64,000 nt of DNA from an uncultured Prevotellaceae bacterium. GTDB lineage: Bacteria > Bacteroidota > Bacteroidia > Bacteroidales > Bacteroidaceae. The stretch lies in contig CACZVN010000002.1 in the NCBI GenBank assembly GCA_902784615.1, positions 31,321 to 95,320 of the forward strand, given 5' to 3'. The position numbers were made by a program, and so were the translations under genes. The notes beneath the pieces are model-generated. The model was not told the origin of the DNA and made no database searches. It saw nothing but the letters and a program-made list of their open reading frames with translations. Positions 19,819-29,813 of the stretch are shown piece by piece (within the stretch, counting starts at the first letter, position 1; every line of letters begins with the position of its first letter).

Positions 19819-22719
19819 TTAATACCACTGCACGGCATTGGAAGAACTCGACCGCTTGTCATATTTGAGAGCATCTGTGAGCGTAGAGGCATTACACCGG
19901 AATGAAAAATTATAACTCGTATAAGGTGCCAACACCACAGAACACGACATATTAAAACAGTGAAGGTCACGACTCAACGAGGCCGTTGTCATGGATATCT
20001 TCTTGTTGTCGAAGTCATAACCCGATGAGAAGTTTATATTCCAACCATCGCTAATGCGCAGGTTTCCACTAATGTTCAGAGTCTGCGTAAATTTATAGGG
20101 ATAACGCATCGTATTATAATTGAACTTCTTCACATCCGTATCCTCACGCATACTGATACCATAACCCAAACTAATGCTCCATGGCATCTTAAAGGACATA
20201 TAACCGTCCTCATCTGTATCGGCCTTTGCGTTATTGCCCCGTTTGGCCCCATGTTTAGCATCCTCCATGTCCTTGTCTATGTTTGTCTCCACCTCAGAGT
20301 CCCAATCATCGTCATCCTCATTACGCCTTTTCTTGTTATCCTTCTTCTTATCCACCTTCTCGCCCTTGAGCCACTTGATGAAATTACCCACTTTCTCATT
20401 GTTCAGCGTATATGAGAGGTTTTGTGACAATCCCTGGAAACGACCGATCTTACCAAGTCCCCAATAAGTTTGGTGCTCACTCTCGTGTGGCGTAGCCCCA
20501 ACACTATCAGCTTCATAGACATACGATGCAAATACAGCACTCAGATTCAGGGTATAGCTCTTGGTCAGTTTCAGACGAAGTGTCGTACTAAGGTTACTCC
20601 AAGGTCTGATATCCGCAGCAAAATTATAAGACATACCCAACCTGAACTCATCTATCAGGGAGATTTTCTTAAACCCGGTAGAGTCATCTTCACTCTTGAC
20701 CTTCATCTCCAGATTATTGCTCAGATCGAAACTGACGGTTCCTGTCTTTCCCTTACCTGGAGGGCTATAAGTACCACCCTGAAAAGGGGAATATTCCACC
20801 ATCGTTACATTACCATTGGCATCAGTCTTCTGGTAACTATCATAATAACCATAACGGCTGTCGCTAAAGTCTGGTGCATATGAGAAATTAACCGATGGAG
20901 TGACAACATGGCGGATACGGTCAATCTTATCACCGAAAATCTTTCTGTTAGGAATCCAGAAACCATAGAGTTTGGTTGAGGCTCCTAAAGAGAGATTCCA
21001 GTTGTAAAGATTGTAGAATCCGCTGACGGTATCAGCCACCTCTTTTTGTTTCTCCACATCCCATGACTTATTGGTGCGGCGGAAGACCATTTTATCGTAG
21101 AAATTGAACGACGGCGTCACGTTCAGATAACCAAGAAGCGTAAAGTTAGCCTTGATGGGAATAGAGTGAGACATGCCGTTTTTCCAGTCCCTGCTCAGAT
21201 TAGAATGCAACAGTTTATCTTCCTTCGTATTGATCTCATTCTTCAACTGACCAGTATAGCTAACTGAAATTTTTTCATACCATTTCGCGTCTCCAACAGC
21301 CTTTTTCCGCTTAAAGGGATAGAACTGTGCGATACTGATATTGATATCAGGCATGGTCAGGGCAATCGTAGAGTCTCGCATGTTCTGATTAAGGTTCATC
21401 TGCGAACTGAGCGACATACCGATACTGGAAAAAGTAGTCTGCCAAGACACAGACGACGTACGCGTCGATTGAGTCATCGCCTGAGGATTATACATTGAAT
21501 TCAGATTGTTCTTTTCATAACTCGAAGTCGCAAAGTTAACGCTGGCAGAAAGCGAACTGTATGGATTAGCTTTAGGATCCTGGCGATGGCTCCACTGGAT
21601 CTTAAAACTCGTCTGCTTCTGATAGTCGGGCATGTTTTTCTCTCCTCTCAGGGTATTCTGATAGTTGGCATAAAACGAGCCACTATACCTATAGCGCTTT
21701 TTGTAGTTTGTTGCCATAGAAAGTGCCCACGAGCCCTTTGTATATATTTCGCCCAACAATTTAAGATCCATTTTGTCACTCAGCGCGAAATAATAGCCGC
21801 CATCACGCAAATAGAAGCCACGCTCGGTTTCGTCACCATAGGTCGGCATGATAAAACCACTGGAATAGCTTTTCGTAAAGGGGAAGAAACCGTAAGGGAT
21901 AGCCAATGGTAAAGGCACGTCTGCCACTACCAAATAGGCAGGTCCAAACACCACATCCTTACCAGGGCGCACCTTCGCACGAGAGAGGGCGAGATAGAAA
22001 TCAGGATGAGGATCATCGCACGTAGTGTAGCGTCCGTGTTGAAGGAACATCTCGCCATTGGCACCACGTTTAGAGAGTTCACTTGTCAGATAGCCATCTT
22101 CTTGCTGAGTATAGACATCCTCAATGATACCCTTCTTGGTCTTAAAGTTGAAAGCCATCTCACCCGTCTCATACGTATCATTCCCCATCTTGAATACAGG
22201 AGAGCCTACAGGCTGGTTCGTCGTTGTATCCATACGGGAATCTGCATGAACCAGGTTACTGTCGAGACTCATGTAGATATGATCGGCAGAGAGGTCCATG
22301 TTTTGGTATTTCACATTCGACTGACCATAGAGATGGGCTAGCCCTGAAGCTGCATTATAGGTAAGGGAATCATTCGCGACATACTCCACAGGGGAGTCTA
22401 TACCATTCTTCTTACTGCGATTGATACTGTCAAGTTTAAGGGAGTCATCCACCGCCTTGTTATGTTTGTAGATAGCAAGTTCAAGGGAATCCATGGTGGT
22501 GGTATCGCGCTTTAACTTAGCTGAGGCAATTCCGTCGGCTGTCAGAATTGTATCTACAGGGACACTATCGGGAAGGAAATTGGCCAATGTATCAGGGAGG
22601 GAAAGGGAATCTGCATCATTTTGTGCCACTGTGCTCTTTCGGAAGAGAGACAATGGAGCCTCAGCCATCATAAAGATGATGGTGAAGAGCATGAGAATCA
22701 GGGCTGATTTCCTTTTCAC
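19819..22719 (-). CDS. lptD: LPS assembly protein LptD (Bacteroidetes type)
   Basis: YTTCD..HP.FY, G.IMPTYG and RDLHCF motifs; beta-barrel composition. Confidence 0.88.
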   Translation of the reverse strand: MKRKSALILMLFTIIFMMAEAPLSLFRKSTVAQNDADSLSLPDTLANFLPDSVPVDTILTADGIASAKLKRDTTTMDSLELAIYKHNKAVDDSLKLDSINRSKKNGIDSPVEYVANDSLTYNAASGLAHLYGQSNVKYQNMDLSADHIYMSLDSNLVHADSRMDTTTNQPVGSPVFKMGNDTYETGEMAFNFKTKKGIIEDVYTQQEDGYLTSELSKRGANGEMFLQHGRYTTCDDPHPDFYLALSRAKVRPGKDVVFGPAYLVVADVPLPLAIPYGFFPFTKSYSSGFIMPTYGDETERGFYLRDGGYYFALSDKMDLKLLGEIYTKGSWALSMATNYKKRYRYSGSFYANYQNTLRGEKNMPDYQKQTSFKIQWSHRQDPKANPYSSLSASVNFATSSYEKNNLNSMYNPQAMTQSTRTSSVSWQTTFSSIGMSLSSQMNLNQNMRDSTIALTMPDINISIAQFYPFKRKKAVGDAKWYEKISVSYTGQLKNEINTKEDKLLHSNLSRDWKNGMSHSIPIKANFTLLGYLNVTPSFNFYDKMVFRRTNKSWDVEKQKEVADTVSGFYNLYNWNLSLGASTKLYGFWIPNRKIFGDKIDRIRHVVTPSVNFSYAPDFSDSRYGYYDSYQKTDANGNVTMVEYSPFQGGTYSPPGKGKTGTVSFDLSNNLEMKVKSEDDSTGFKKISLIDEFRLGMSYNFAADIRPWSNLSTTLRLKLTKSYTLNLSAVFASYVYEADSVGATPHESEHQTYWGLGKIGRFQGLSQNLSYTLNNEKVGNFIKWLKGEKVDKKKDNKKRRNEDDDDWDSEVETNIDKDMEDAKHGAKRGNNAKADTDEDGYMSFKMPWSISLGYGISMREDTDVKKFNYNTMRYPYKFTQTLNISGNLRISDGWNINFSSGYDFDNKKISMTTASLSRDLHCFNMSCSVVLAPYTSYNFSFRCNASTLTDALKYDKRSSSSNAVQWY

Positions 22720-22789
22720 GGGTGCAAAAGTACAAATAAATTATTATTTCCGTGAGAGATTAACACAGATTATCACTGAATTAATGATT

Positions 22790-23329
22790 TTATTCAAACA
22801 TATCAACCCATTGGAAGAAGCGCTTGAGACCTGCCTCTCCGAATTTCTCCAAGCTGCGTGCCGTCTGTTCTACCGTCCGTTCCATGTCCAGATGTGTCTT
22901 CGAATAAAACTTGTCAGCATAACACACCACTTGTTCTTCAAGGGTATCAGGTTCATACTGGCCGTCAAGAGGTAAGGGAAGATTTTGTGACAATATCTGA
23001 TCACGAGAGAGACCTGTACCCGTATGTCTTTCACAGACCTGAGCATGGCGCACAAGTCCTTTCTCTCTTAACAGACGTCCCCCAATAAGACCATGACAGA
23101 TATACGGTTCTGTACCAAAGCACTGGATACTGGGGGCATTACAACAAAAAATGCCAATGTCATGGAGCATCGCTGCCTCCTCAAGGAATTCCGTGTCGAG
23201 GCGCAGTTCTGGATGCTTGCGGGCAATCTTCTGGCATCGGTCTGCCACACTGCGACTATGCGTTAGCAATATCCGCCGGAGATCATTCTCCGACGGATAA
23301 TACGCATTGATAATAGCCAGATAGTCCAT
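22790..23329 (-). CDS. HD-domain phosphohydrolase
   Basis: THS...LHDIG...HG...RHTG...YADKF; TAATG overlap with the upstream gene. Confidence 0.88.
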   Translation of the reverse strand: MDYLAIINAYYPSENDLRRILLTHSRSVADRCQKIARKHPELRLDTEFLEEAAMLHDIGIFCCNAPSIQCFGTEPYICHGLIGGRLLREKGLVRHAQVCERHTGTGLSRDQILSQNLPLPLDGQYEPDTLEEQVVCYADKFYSKTHLDMERTVEQTARSLEKFGEAGLKRFFQWVDMFE

Positions 23330-25110
23330 TATCCCTGTCTTTCTATCCAAGCGATGGTATCGCCCTGCCGGATCTTCTGTCCTGGCTTCACGCTGACATC
23401 TACCAACTTGCCTCCCAGCGCAGCAGGGATCTCAACGATCTCGCCCCACTTCGTCTGCAGATAACAGAAGATGTCACCTTCCTTGTAGGTCTGACCAATA
23501 AACGGCTCGATACAGGCAGCAGGCACGCCCTCACCGCCAAAGCTCCAGATGAGCTGACCGTCCAATGGAGACTTCACTGCATCGGCCTTGGCGTGCTTCA
23601 GCGCATCGATCTCCTCCTGAGAAATCTTCTGGCCACCACCAAGTTTGGCGTCCTTAGCCTTCTGGATATCAGCCAGCAACTGCTTCTTGGCCTGACCACT
23701 CTTGAAGGGACGATACTGCTCTGGGTGCATAGCCAACTCGAAGAGTTCTTCATCGTCTGGTCCATACTCCCAGCCATTCTCGTCCATCTCCTTGCGGAAG
23801 CCGTCGAGTGCATTCTCCAACAGCGTATGGGGATCCACATCTGTAAACTCGCGCTTCTGCTTCTGTGCCAGTTCGATAAGCTCAGGCGCAATCGTTCCAG
23901 GCACCTTGCCGCTCTTGCCAAGGATCATACCCCAGATGGCATCGTCCATCATCACATAACGGCCCTTACCCTGCTCCATGGTGAGGAGGTTCATCAGGGC
24001 GATGTTCTTCGTATATTGTGAGAACGGGGTTACCAGTGGGGGATAACCAACCTTCGGCCATACATACTCTACCTCGTTGAAGAGTTTCACGAGCATGTCG
24101 TCCATCGTCAACTCGGGCTCACCCTTCTGGGCGCGCAACTTGTTGATCATCGTCTGGATACCACCAAGGTCGGCCATCATCGATCCCATCATGCCACCAG
24201 GGAGTCCACAGCCAAGGAGCAGTGAAGACATGTGCTTGTTGGCAGGATTGATGAAGTAGCCGAGCCAGTCGTCGATGAACTCTTGCGTCAGCGTACGGGC
24301 CTGCATGTAGGCATTCATGTTCAGGTCTGCCACCTCGAAGCCCTCGTTCTTCAGCATCGACTGTACAGAGATGATATCGGGATGCACCTTACCCCAAGAC
24401 AGGGGTTCGATAGCCGTATCAATAACATCGGCACCATTGTTACACACCTCGAGGATAGAGGCCATCGAGAGACCTGGGCCAGAGTGACCATGATACTGCA
24501 CGATAATGTCAGGATGCTTGGTCTTGATGGCCTTTGTCAGTGCACCCAGCATGGCGGGCTGTCCGATACCGGCCATATCCTTCAGACAGATCTCCTCGGC
24601 TCCTGCAGCAATCACCTCTTCAGCGATCGCTGTATAATACTCTACGGTATGCACAGGCGATGTGGTGATACAGAGCGTAGCCTGAGGCGTCATGCCACCC
24701 TCCTTGGCCCATTTGATACTGGGGATGATATTACGGGTATCGTTCAGTCCGCAGAAGATACGGGTGATATCCACACCCTGGGCATGCTTCACCTTATACA
24801 TCAGGGCACGCACGTCATCGGGCACAGGATACATACGCAGGGCATTCAGACCGCGGTCGAGCATGTGTGTCTTGATGCCTACCTCGTTGAAAGGCTTACA
24901 GAATGCACGCACTGCCAGATTAGGGTTCTCACCTGCCATCAGGTTTACCTGCTCGAAGGCACCACCATTGGTTTCCACTCGGGCAAAACAGCCCATGTCA
25001 ATAATCACTGGGGCGATGCGCTCCAACTGGTCCTTACGAGGCTGGAATTTGCCTGAACTCTGCCACATGTCTCGATACACGAGACTGAACTGGATTTTCT
25101 TTTTTGCCAT
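23329..25110 (-). CDS. Oxaloacetate decarboxylase alpha / pyruvate carboxylase B-like protein with a degenerate biotinyl domain
   Basis: RDMWQS, GGAFE, CLKDMAG, HGHS, PGGM and GYPPLVTPFSQ motifs. Confidence 0.88.
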   Translation of the reverse strand: MAKKKIQFSLVYRDMWQSSGKFQPRKDQLERIAPVIIDMGCFARVETNGGAFEQVNLMAGENPNLAVRAFCKPFNEVGIKTHMLDRGLNALRMYPVPDDVRALMYKVKHAQGVDITRIFCGLNDTRNIIPSIKWAKEGGMTPQATLCITTSPVHTVEYYTAIAEEVIAAGAEEICLKDMAGIGQPAMLGALTKAIKTKHPDIIVQYHGHSGPGLSMASILEVCNNGADVIDTAIEPLSWGKVHPDIISVQSMLKNEGFEVADLNMNAYMQARTLTQEFIDDWLGYFINPANKHMSSLLLGCGLPGGMMGSMMADLGGIQTMINKLRAQKGEPELTMDDMLVKLFNEVEYVWPKVGYPPLVTPFSQYTKNIALMNLLTMEQGKGRYVMMDDAIWGMILGKSGKVPGTIAPELIELAQKQKREFTDVDPHTLLENALDGFRKEMDENGWEYGPDDEELFELAMHPEQYRPFKSGQAKKQLLADIQKAKDAKLGGGQKISQEEIDALKHAKADAVKSPLDGQLIWSFGGEGVPAACIEPFIGQTYKEGDIFCYLQTKWGEIVEIPAALGGKLVDVSVKPGQKIRQGDTIAWIERQG

Positions 25111-25610
25111 TGTTCTTAATTCTATTTCTTGCTATGATGATTCTTCAAAATGCAAAAATAGCAATAAATATTGGAAATCCGCTCAGTTTCCATGCTTTTT
25201 TTTGATTATTTGACTATTCGGCACCTTTCTGGGCAGGACGGTGCTCTTTTATTATCTCTCTGAGACCTAATGACAAAATCACGACAAAACATCTCTCATA
25301 ACTCGCGCCGTCATCAGCAAACGAGAAACAACCCGCAAATACGCAAAAAATGCACTTTTAGAGTTAAACTGCTGATAATGTGAGCATTAGTCCTCCTGCC
25401 ATTCTTGATCCATAGAAATACGCTTTGTCCGAGGCTGACTTTTAAAAATTAAGGACTCCTTAATTCCTCTAAAGAGGCTTCCCACAAATGACGGAGACTG
25501 CTTTTTGAGGAACAGAAGGCATCTTTTCGTCAACAAATGGCATGTATTCCACTATAGACAGCCTGTCCTGTCGTCATGAGACCATCCTCACAGTCCAAAA
25601 CGGCCATCAA

Positions 25611-25650
25611 AAAACATCTCCCCGCTCCTATTTCGAGCAAAAGAGATGTT
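25611..25650 (-). terminator. Probable terminator downstream of queF
   Basis: aacatctc...gagatgtt hairpin with an inner gctc/gagc pair, followed by a U-tract on the minus strand. Confidence 0.55.
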
Positions 25651-25684
25651 ATTATTTTAGGCAATAATTCTTGACAGACGACTT

Positions 25685-26149
25685 TTACCTCACAGGAATC
25701 ATCTGATGCTCCTGCAGGCGGCGCTCAGCCATCTGCTCATATTTGGTGCCAGGACGCCCGTAGTTGGCATAGGGATAAATCGAGATGCCACCACGTGGGG
25801 TGAAGAGGCCGACGACCTCTATATATTTGGGATCCATCAGGCGAACCAGATCCTTCATGATCGTGTTCACGCAGTCCTCATGGAAATCACCGTGATTACG
25901 GAAACTAAAGAGATAAAGCTTCAGACTCTTACTCTCCACCATGCGCTCTCCAGGGATATACAGGATCTTGATCTCTGCGAAGTCAGGCTGTCCTGTAATC
26001 GGACAGAGGGAAGTAAACTCAGGACAGTTGAACTGCACCCAATAGTCGTTGTCTGGATGCTTGTTCACGAACGTTTCCAACACTTCAGGAGCATAGTCCA
26101 TCCTATACTCCGTCTTCTTGCCGAGGGCATTCAGATTGTCTTCTCTCAT
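25685..26149 (-). CDS. queF: NADPH-dependent preQ0 reductase QueF (short type)
   Basis: [29 protein letters not shown] and PRGG motifs. Confidence 0.96.
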   Translation of the reverse strand: MREDNLNALGKKTEYRMDYAPEVLETFVNKHPDNDYWVQFNCPEFTSLCPITGQPDFAEIKILYIPGERMVESKSLKLYLFSFRNHGDFHEDCVNTIMKDLVRLMDPKYIEVVGLFTPRGGISIYPYANYGRPGTKYEQMAERRLQEHQMIPVR

Positions 26150-26838
26150 AGTTCCTTCACTTTAAATATGTTATAGGCAATGTTATCGTCATAGACATCT
26201 TCGTGGTCGTGCTCCTTGGTGAACTTCACAACACGGATCGTCACAGGCAGCACGAGTATCTCGTAGAGCGTCTTCAGCGTGACCTGTGTGATAATGAGCG
26301 AGGGCATCTCCTCCCAGGGGATCACGCCCCCCAAGGCCAACGGGAAAAAGATGATGGAGTCTGTCAATTCGCCAAAGATCGTACTCATCACGGCCCTATA
26401 GGAGAAGTTCTTGCCAGCCGATGACAGTTTCATTTTACTCATCACGTAGGCATTGATAAACGAGCCACACACAAAGGCTAAGAACGAGGCCCCCGCTATT
26501 CTGGGAGCCAATCCGAAGATCTGGTGGAATCCTTCTTCACCATCCCAATAGGAAGCCCCTGGGATCCAGTCTGCAATGGCACCAAAGGTTACGAACAGAA
26601 AGTTCATGGCAAAGCCCATCCAGATGAGCAGACGGGTACGGCCATATCCCCAGACCTCACAAACCACATCATTAATAATGTAACTGACAGGAAACACAAT
26701 CAGTCCTGCCGTCATATTGGCAGGTCCGAGTGAAATCTGTTTTGTTTCAAGCACGTTTGCCGTTATCAGGCAGACGCAGAACAGTATGCCATAGAACATA
26801 AACAACACACTGATCTTTTGTTCTTTTTTATTTTCCAT
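26146..26838 (-). CDS. yhhQ: Queuosine precursor transporter (YhhQ/VUT family)
   Basis: [22 protein letters not shown] and ST..G...DS..F motifs; adjacent to queF. Confidence 0.92.
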   Translation of the reverse strand: MENKKEQKISVLFMFYGILFCVCLITANVLETKQISLGPANMTAGLIVFPVSYIINDVVCEVWGYGRTRLLIWMGFAMNFLFVTFGAIADWIPGASYWDGEEGFHQIFGLAPRIAGASFLAFVCGSFINAYVMSKMKLSSAGKNFSYRAVMSTIFGELTDSIIFFPLALGGVIPWEEMPSLIITQVTLKTLYEILVLPVTIRVVKFTKEHDHEDVYDDNIAYNIFKVKEL

Positions 26839-26842
26839 TTTT

Positions 26843-26877
26843 CTTGTTTTGTTAAAGGGGGTTGAGCAAGTACCCCT
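26843..26877 (-). ncRNA. preQ1 class I riboswitch
   Basis: AGGGG-UACUUGCUCAAC-CCCCU-UUAACAAAA-CAAG: 5-bp P1, 12-nt loop ending AC, A-rich tail and a CUUG/CAAG pseudoknot; directly upstream of yhhQ-queF. Confidence 0.85.
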
Positions 26878-26886
26878 GTGTTTTTT

Positions 26887-27870
26887 CTACAACAGATAGA
26901 GCAACCAGCCCATATAGGCCAGAAAGCCCAATATCAGCAACACGCCTTCCCTGCGCGAGACTGAGTATTTCGTATAGGCAAAGAGCCAGAGAATGCCGAC
27001 ACTCACCAGCATCATCATCAGATCGACGATAGTGATACCCATGATACGCATCGGATGGACAACTGCAGTCATACCAAGTACCAAAAGGATGTTGAAGACA
27101 TTCGATCCCAGCACATTTCCGATAGCAATGGCGGAGCGACCCTTATAGGCTGCCACCACACTTGTGGCCAATTCAGGCAGGGAGGTTCCTCCAGCCACAA
27201 TGGTCAGGCCCACGACACTTTGACGGACACCATAGCGATAGGCTACATACGATGCAGCATCGACAAACAGATTACTGCCGATAATCAGGCAAGCCAGTCC
27301 CAAAACGATGAATGACAAGTTCCGCCATAGCTTTGAGTAATCTTTTGGTAACTCACTATTCTCCTCCAGTTCCTCTTCTGTCGGCATCAGTCCCTGTTTC
27401 TTGGCGCTCTGGAATGTGTATATCATGAAGATCAGGAAACCTATGAGCAGAATGATACCATCAGAACGACTGATATCATTACCCCATAGGTGAGGCGAGT
27501 CCATATCGTCGAAACAGAGCATGAACAACAGGAAGGAAGCCACCACGGCAAAAGGAATATCCTTCTTCACCGTCGAAGGAGCCACAGCCATCGGTGCCAC
27601 CACGGCAGAGCATCCCACAATCAGCATTGTATTGAATATATTCGAACCGAGGACATTTCCCACAGCGAGGTCAGAGGTTCCCTTGAAGGCAGAAACCATG
27701 CTGACAAACAGTTCTGGCGCAGAAGTTCCTGCTGCCACAATGGTCAGGCCAATTACGATCTCAGGCACATGCAGGCCACGCGCCAGGGAAGAGGCTCCTT
27801 CCGTCAGTCTGTCAGCCCCCCATAACACGAGGGCCACACCTACAATAATATAAACAATATTGATCAACAT
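26887..27870 (-). CDS. Ca2+/Na+ antiporter (YrbG/CaCA family)
   Basis: Two alpha repeats, GTSAPE...GSNIFN and GTSLPE...GSNVFN. Confidence 0.93.
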   Translation of the reverse strand: MLINIVYIIVGVALVLWGADRLTEGASSLARGLHVPEIVIGLTIVAAGTSAPELFVSMVSAFKGTSDLAVGNVLGSNIFNTMLIVGCSAVVAPMAVAPSTVKKDIPFAVVASFLLFMLCFDDMDSPHLWGNDISRSDGIILLIGFLIFMIYTFQSAKKQGLMPTEEELEENSELPKDYSKLWRNLSFIVLGLACLIIGSNLFVDAASYVAYRYGVRQSVVGLTIVAGGTSLPELATSVVAAYKGRSAIAIGNVLGSNVFNILLVLGMTAVVHPMRIMGITIVDLMMMLVSVGILWLFAYTKYSVSRREGVLLILGFLAYMGWLLYLL

Positions 27871-27882
27871 ACGCAGTGAACT

Positions 27883-28323
27883 TTAATCTTCATCGTCGTC
27901 ATCATCCCAATCGTCACCAAAGAAACTATCGTAATCTCCTTCCAGAGAAGGGCCGACAAAAGCATCCATGACACGACGGTCTTTCTTCGTGGGACGTCCT
28001 GTACCTCTCGCCCTGTTAATGAATCCGCTGATGCGGTTCATCTCCAGCAGTTCATACTGATCAGGTGTCGTCACGTTCTCATAGATCTCAGGCAGCAGTT
28101 TGGCCCCTACCCTTTGCTCAATAGTCTTCAGGATCTTAAAGGAGTAAGTCACAGGAGGTTTCCGCACAGCGACCACCTCTCCGGCCTTTACCGTATGGGA
28201 AGGTTTCACATTCACGCCCTGGATGGTCACACGACCATTCTTACAGGCATCAGCAGCAATGGAGCGTGTCTTGAAGATACGCGCTGCCCAAAGCCACTTG
28301 TCGATTCTTGCAACCTCTCCCAT
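27883..28323 (-). CDS. hslR: Hsp15-like S4-domain RNA-binding protein
   Basis: RIDKWLWAARIFKTRS and GRPTKKDRR motifs. Confidence 0.9.
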   Translation of the reverse strand: MGEVARIDKWLWAARIFKTRSIAADACKNGRVTIQGVNVKPSHTVKAGEVVAVRKPPVTYSFKILKTIEQRVGAKLLPEIYENVTTPDQYELLEMNRISGFINRARGTGRPTKKDRRVMDAFVGPSLEGDYDSFFGDDWDDDDDED

Positions 28324-28934
28324 CAATCGCTGTTTTTTTCTACTTCACTCTTCTTGACTTGGCTTCCCTTTCCCAGTTTGTTATACTGGTTCATAGTGAG
28401 ATCAATCCCTGCAAGCACAAAGCTCTTGATGATCTCCACACCCAGATCCAGGCTGGGCTGAAGGGCTTTCAATTCCTCCTCATCATATTTCCCCAGCACC
28501 CAGTCCACCTGCATGCCACGGGGAAAGTCATTGCCGATACCCATACGAAGCCTGGCATAGTTCTGTCCAATCAGCTGTTGGATATGTCCAAGTCCGTTGT
28601 GTCCACCATTGGAGCCACCAGCCTTCAGGCGAAAAGCCCCAAGGGGCAGGGCCACGTCATCGCTGATTACCAGCAGACGACTTTGGTCGATATTCTCCTT
28701 ATTCAACCAATAGCGTACGGCATTTCCGCTCAGATTCATAAACGTAGAGGGCTTGAGCAAGATTACCTTACGGCCTTTGAGCGACGTCTCCGCCACAAAA
28801 CCGTAGCGTCGGTCTTCAAAATGAATATTGGACGCCTTCGCAAAGGCATCCAATACCATAAAGCCTGTATTGTGGCGGGTCAGTTCGTATTCGTCACCAA
28901 CATTACCCAAACCAACAATTAAGTACTTGTCCAT
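28323..28934 (-). CDS. pth: Peptidyl-tRNA hydrolase
   Basis: VGLGN, TRHNTGF, FMNLSG and GGHNGL motifs. Confidence 0.96.
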   Translation of the reverse strand: MDKYLIVGLGNVGDEYELTRHNTGFMVLDAFAKASNIHFEDRRYGFVAETSLKGRKVILLKPSTFMNLSGNAVRYWLNKENIDQSRLLVISDDVALPLGAFRLKAGGSNGGHNGLGHIQQLIGQNYARLRMGIGNDFPRGMQVDWVLGKYDEEELKALQPSLDLGVEIIKSFVLAGIDLTMNQYNKLGKGSQVKKSEVEKNSD

Positions 28935-28951
28935 TCCCAGTCATTTAGGAA

Positions 28952-29560
28952 TTACTCAGCAGCGGCCTCTTCACCTGCTGCTGCAGCAGAACGAGAAGCA
29001 CGTGTAGCCTTCACTGAGCAGACAACGACCTGAGCAGGAGTAGCAATCTGCAGACCATCGAAGTTCAGTTCAGCCACCTTGATAGCCTTACCCAACTTCA
29101 GTTCTGTCACATCTATCTCCAGCACCTCAGGAATCTGCTTGTAAGGAGCGGTCACGTTCAGCAGACGAACAGCCTGGCTCAGGCGACCACCATCGCGCAC
29201 ACCCTGAGCATGACCCACCAATTTAACGGGAATACCGATAGTGATGGGCTTAGTCTCATTAACCTCAAAGAAATCAATATGCAGCACGGCATCCGTTGTC
29301 GGATGGAACTGGATTTCCTTCATCACGGCCTTGTGAGCCTCACCGTCGATGGTCAGGTTGACCACATACACATCGGGAGAATAGACAACCCTGCGGAGCT
29401 GGGCTGCGGGGATGGCAAATGACAGAGCCTCGGGGAGACCCTTACCATCTTTCTTCTCACCATAAAGGTTACAAGGAACAAGACCCTCCTTACGGAGTTC
29501 TTTTGCGGCTTTCTTGCCTGTAGTGGCACGCTTCTGGCCACTAACGCTCATTTCTTTCAT
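28952..29560 (-). CDS. rplY: 50S ribosomal protein bL25/Ctc
   Basis: GKKAAKELR...VPCNLYG and KEIQFHP...HIDF motifs. Confidence 0.96.
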   Translation of the reverse strand: MKEMSVSGQKRATTGKKAAKELRKEGLVPCNLYGEKKDGKGLPEALSFAIPAAQLRRVVYSPDVYVVNLTIDGEAHKAVMKEIQFHPTTDAVLHIDFFEVNETKPITIGIPVKLVGHAQGVRDGGRLSQAVRLLNVTAPYKQIPEVLEIDVTELKLGKAIKVAELNFDGLQIATPAQVVVCSVKATRASRSAAAAGEEAAAE

Positions 29561-29813
29561 AATTGTGTTACTCTAAATTAAGTTAATTACCTTTTATGCT
29601 TAATTCGCCATCACACGAAAAATCGTAGTGCTTTGAGAAAAAGCGGTGCAAAGGTACAACAAAAATGTGAAAAGTGCGAAGAGAGCAGTGAAAATTTTCA
29701 TTTTTAACGTATTTTTCCTGCTTTTTCTTGCAGAATCATAGAAAAATACCTACCTTTGCACATCAGAAACAACAAAACAAGAGAACCAATTATTATTAAA
29801 AGCATCAAGTGAG

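Noticed and set aside
28308-28922. Long antisense ORFs (for example 28308-28922, 24232-25056, 11344-12156, 60603-61403, 18686-19396)
   Set aside because: They are shadows of well-supported genes on the opposite strand and have no recognisable motifs.
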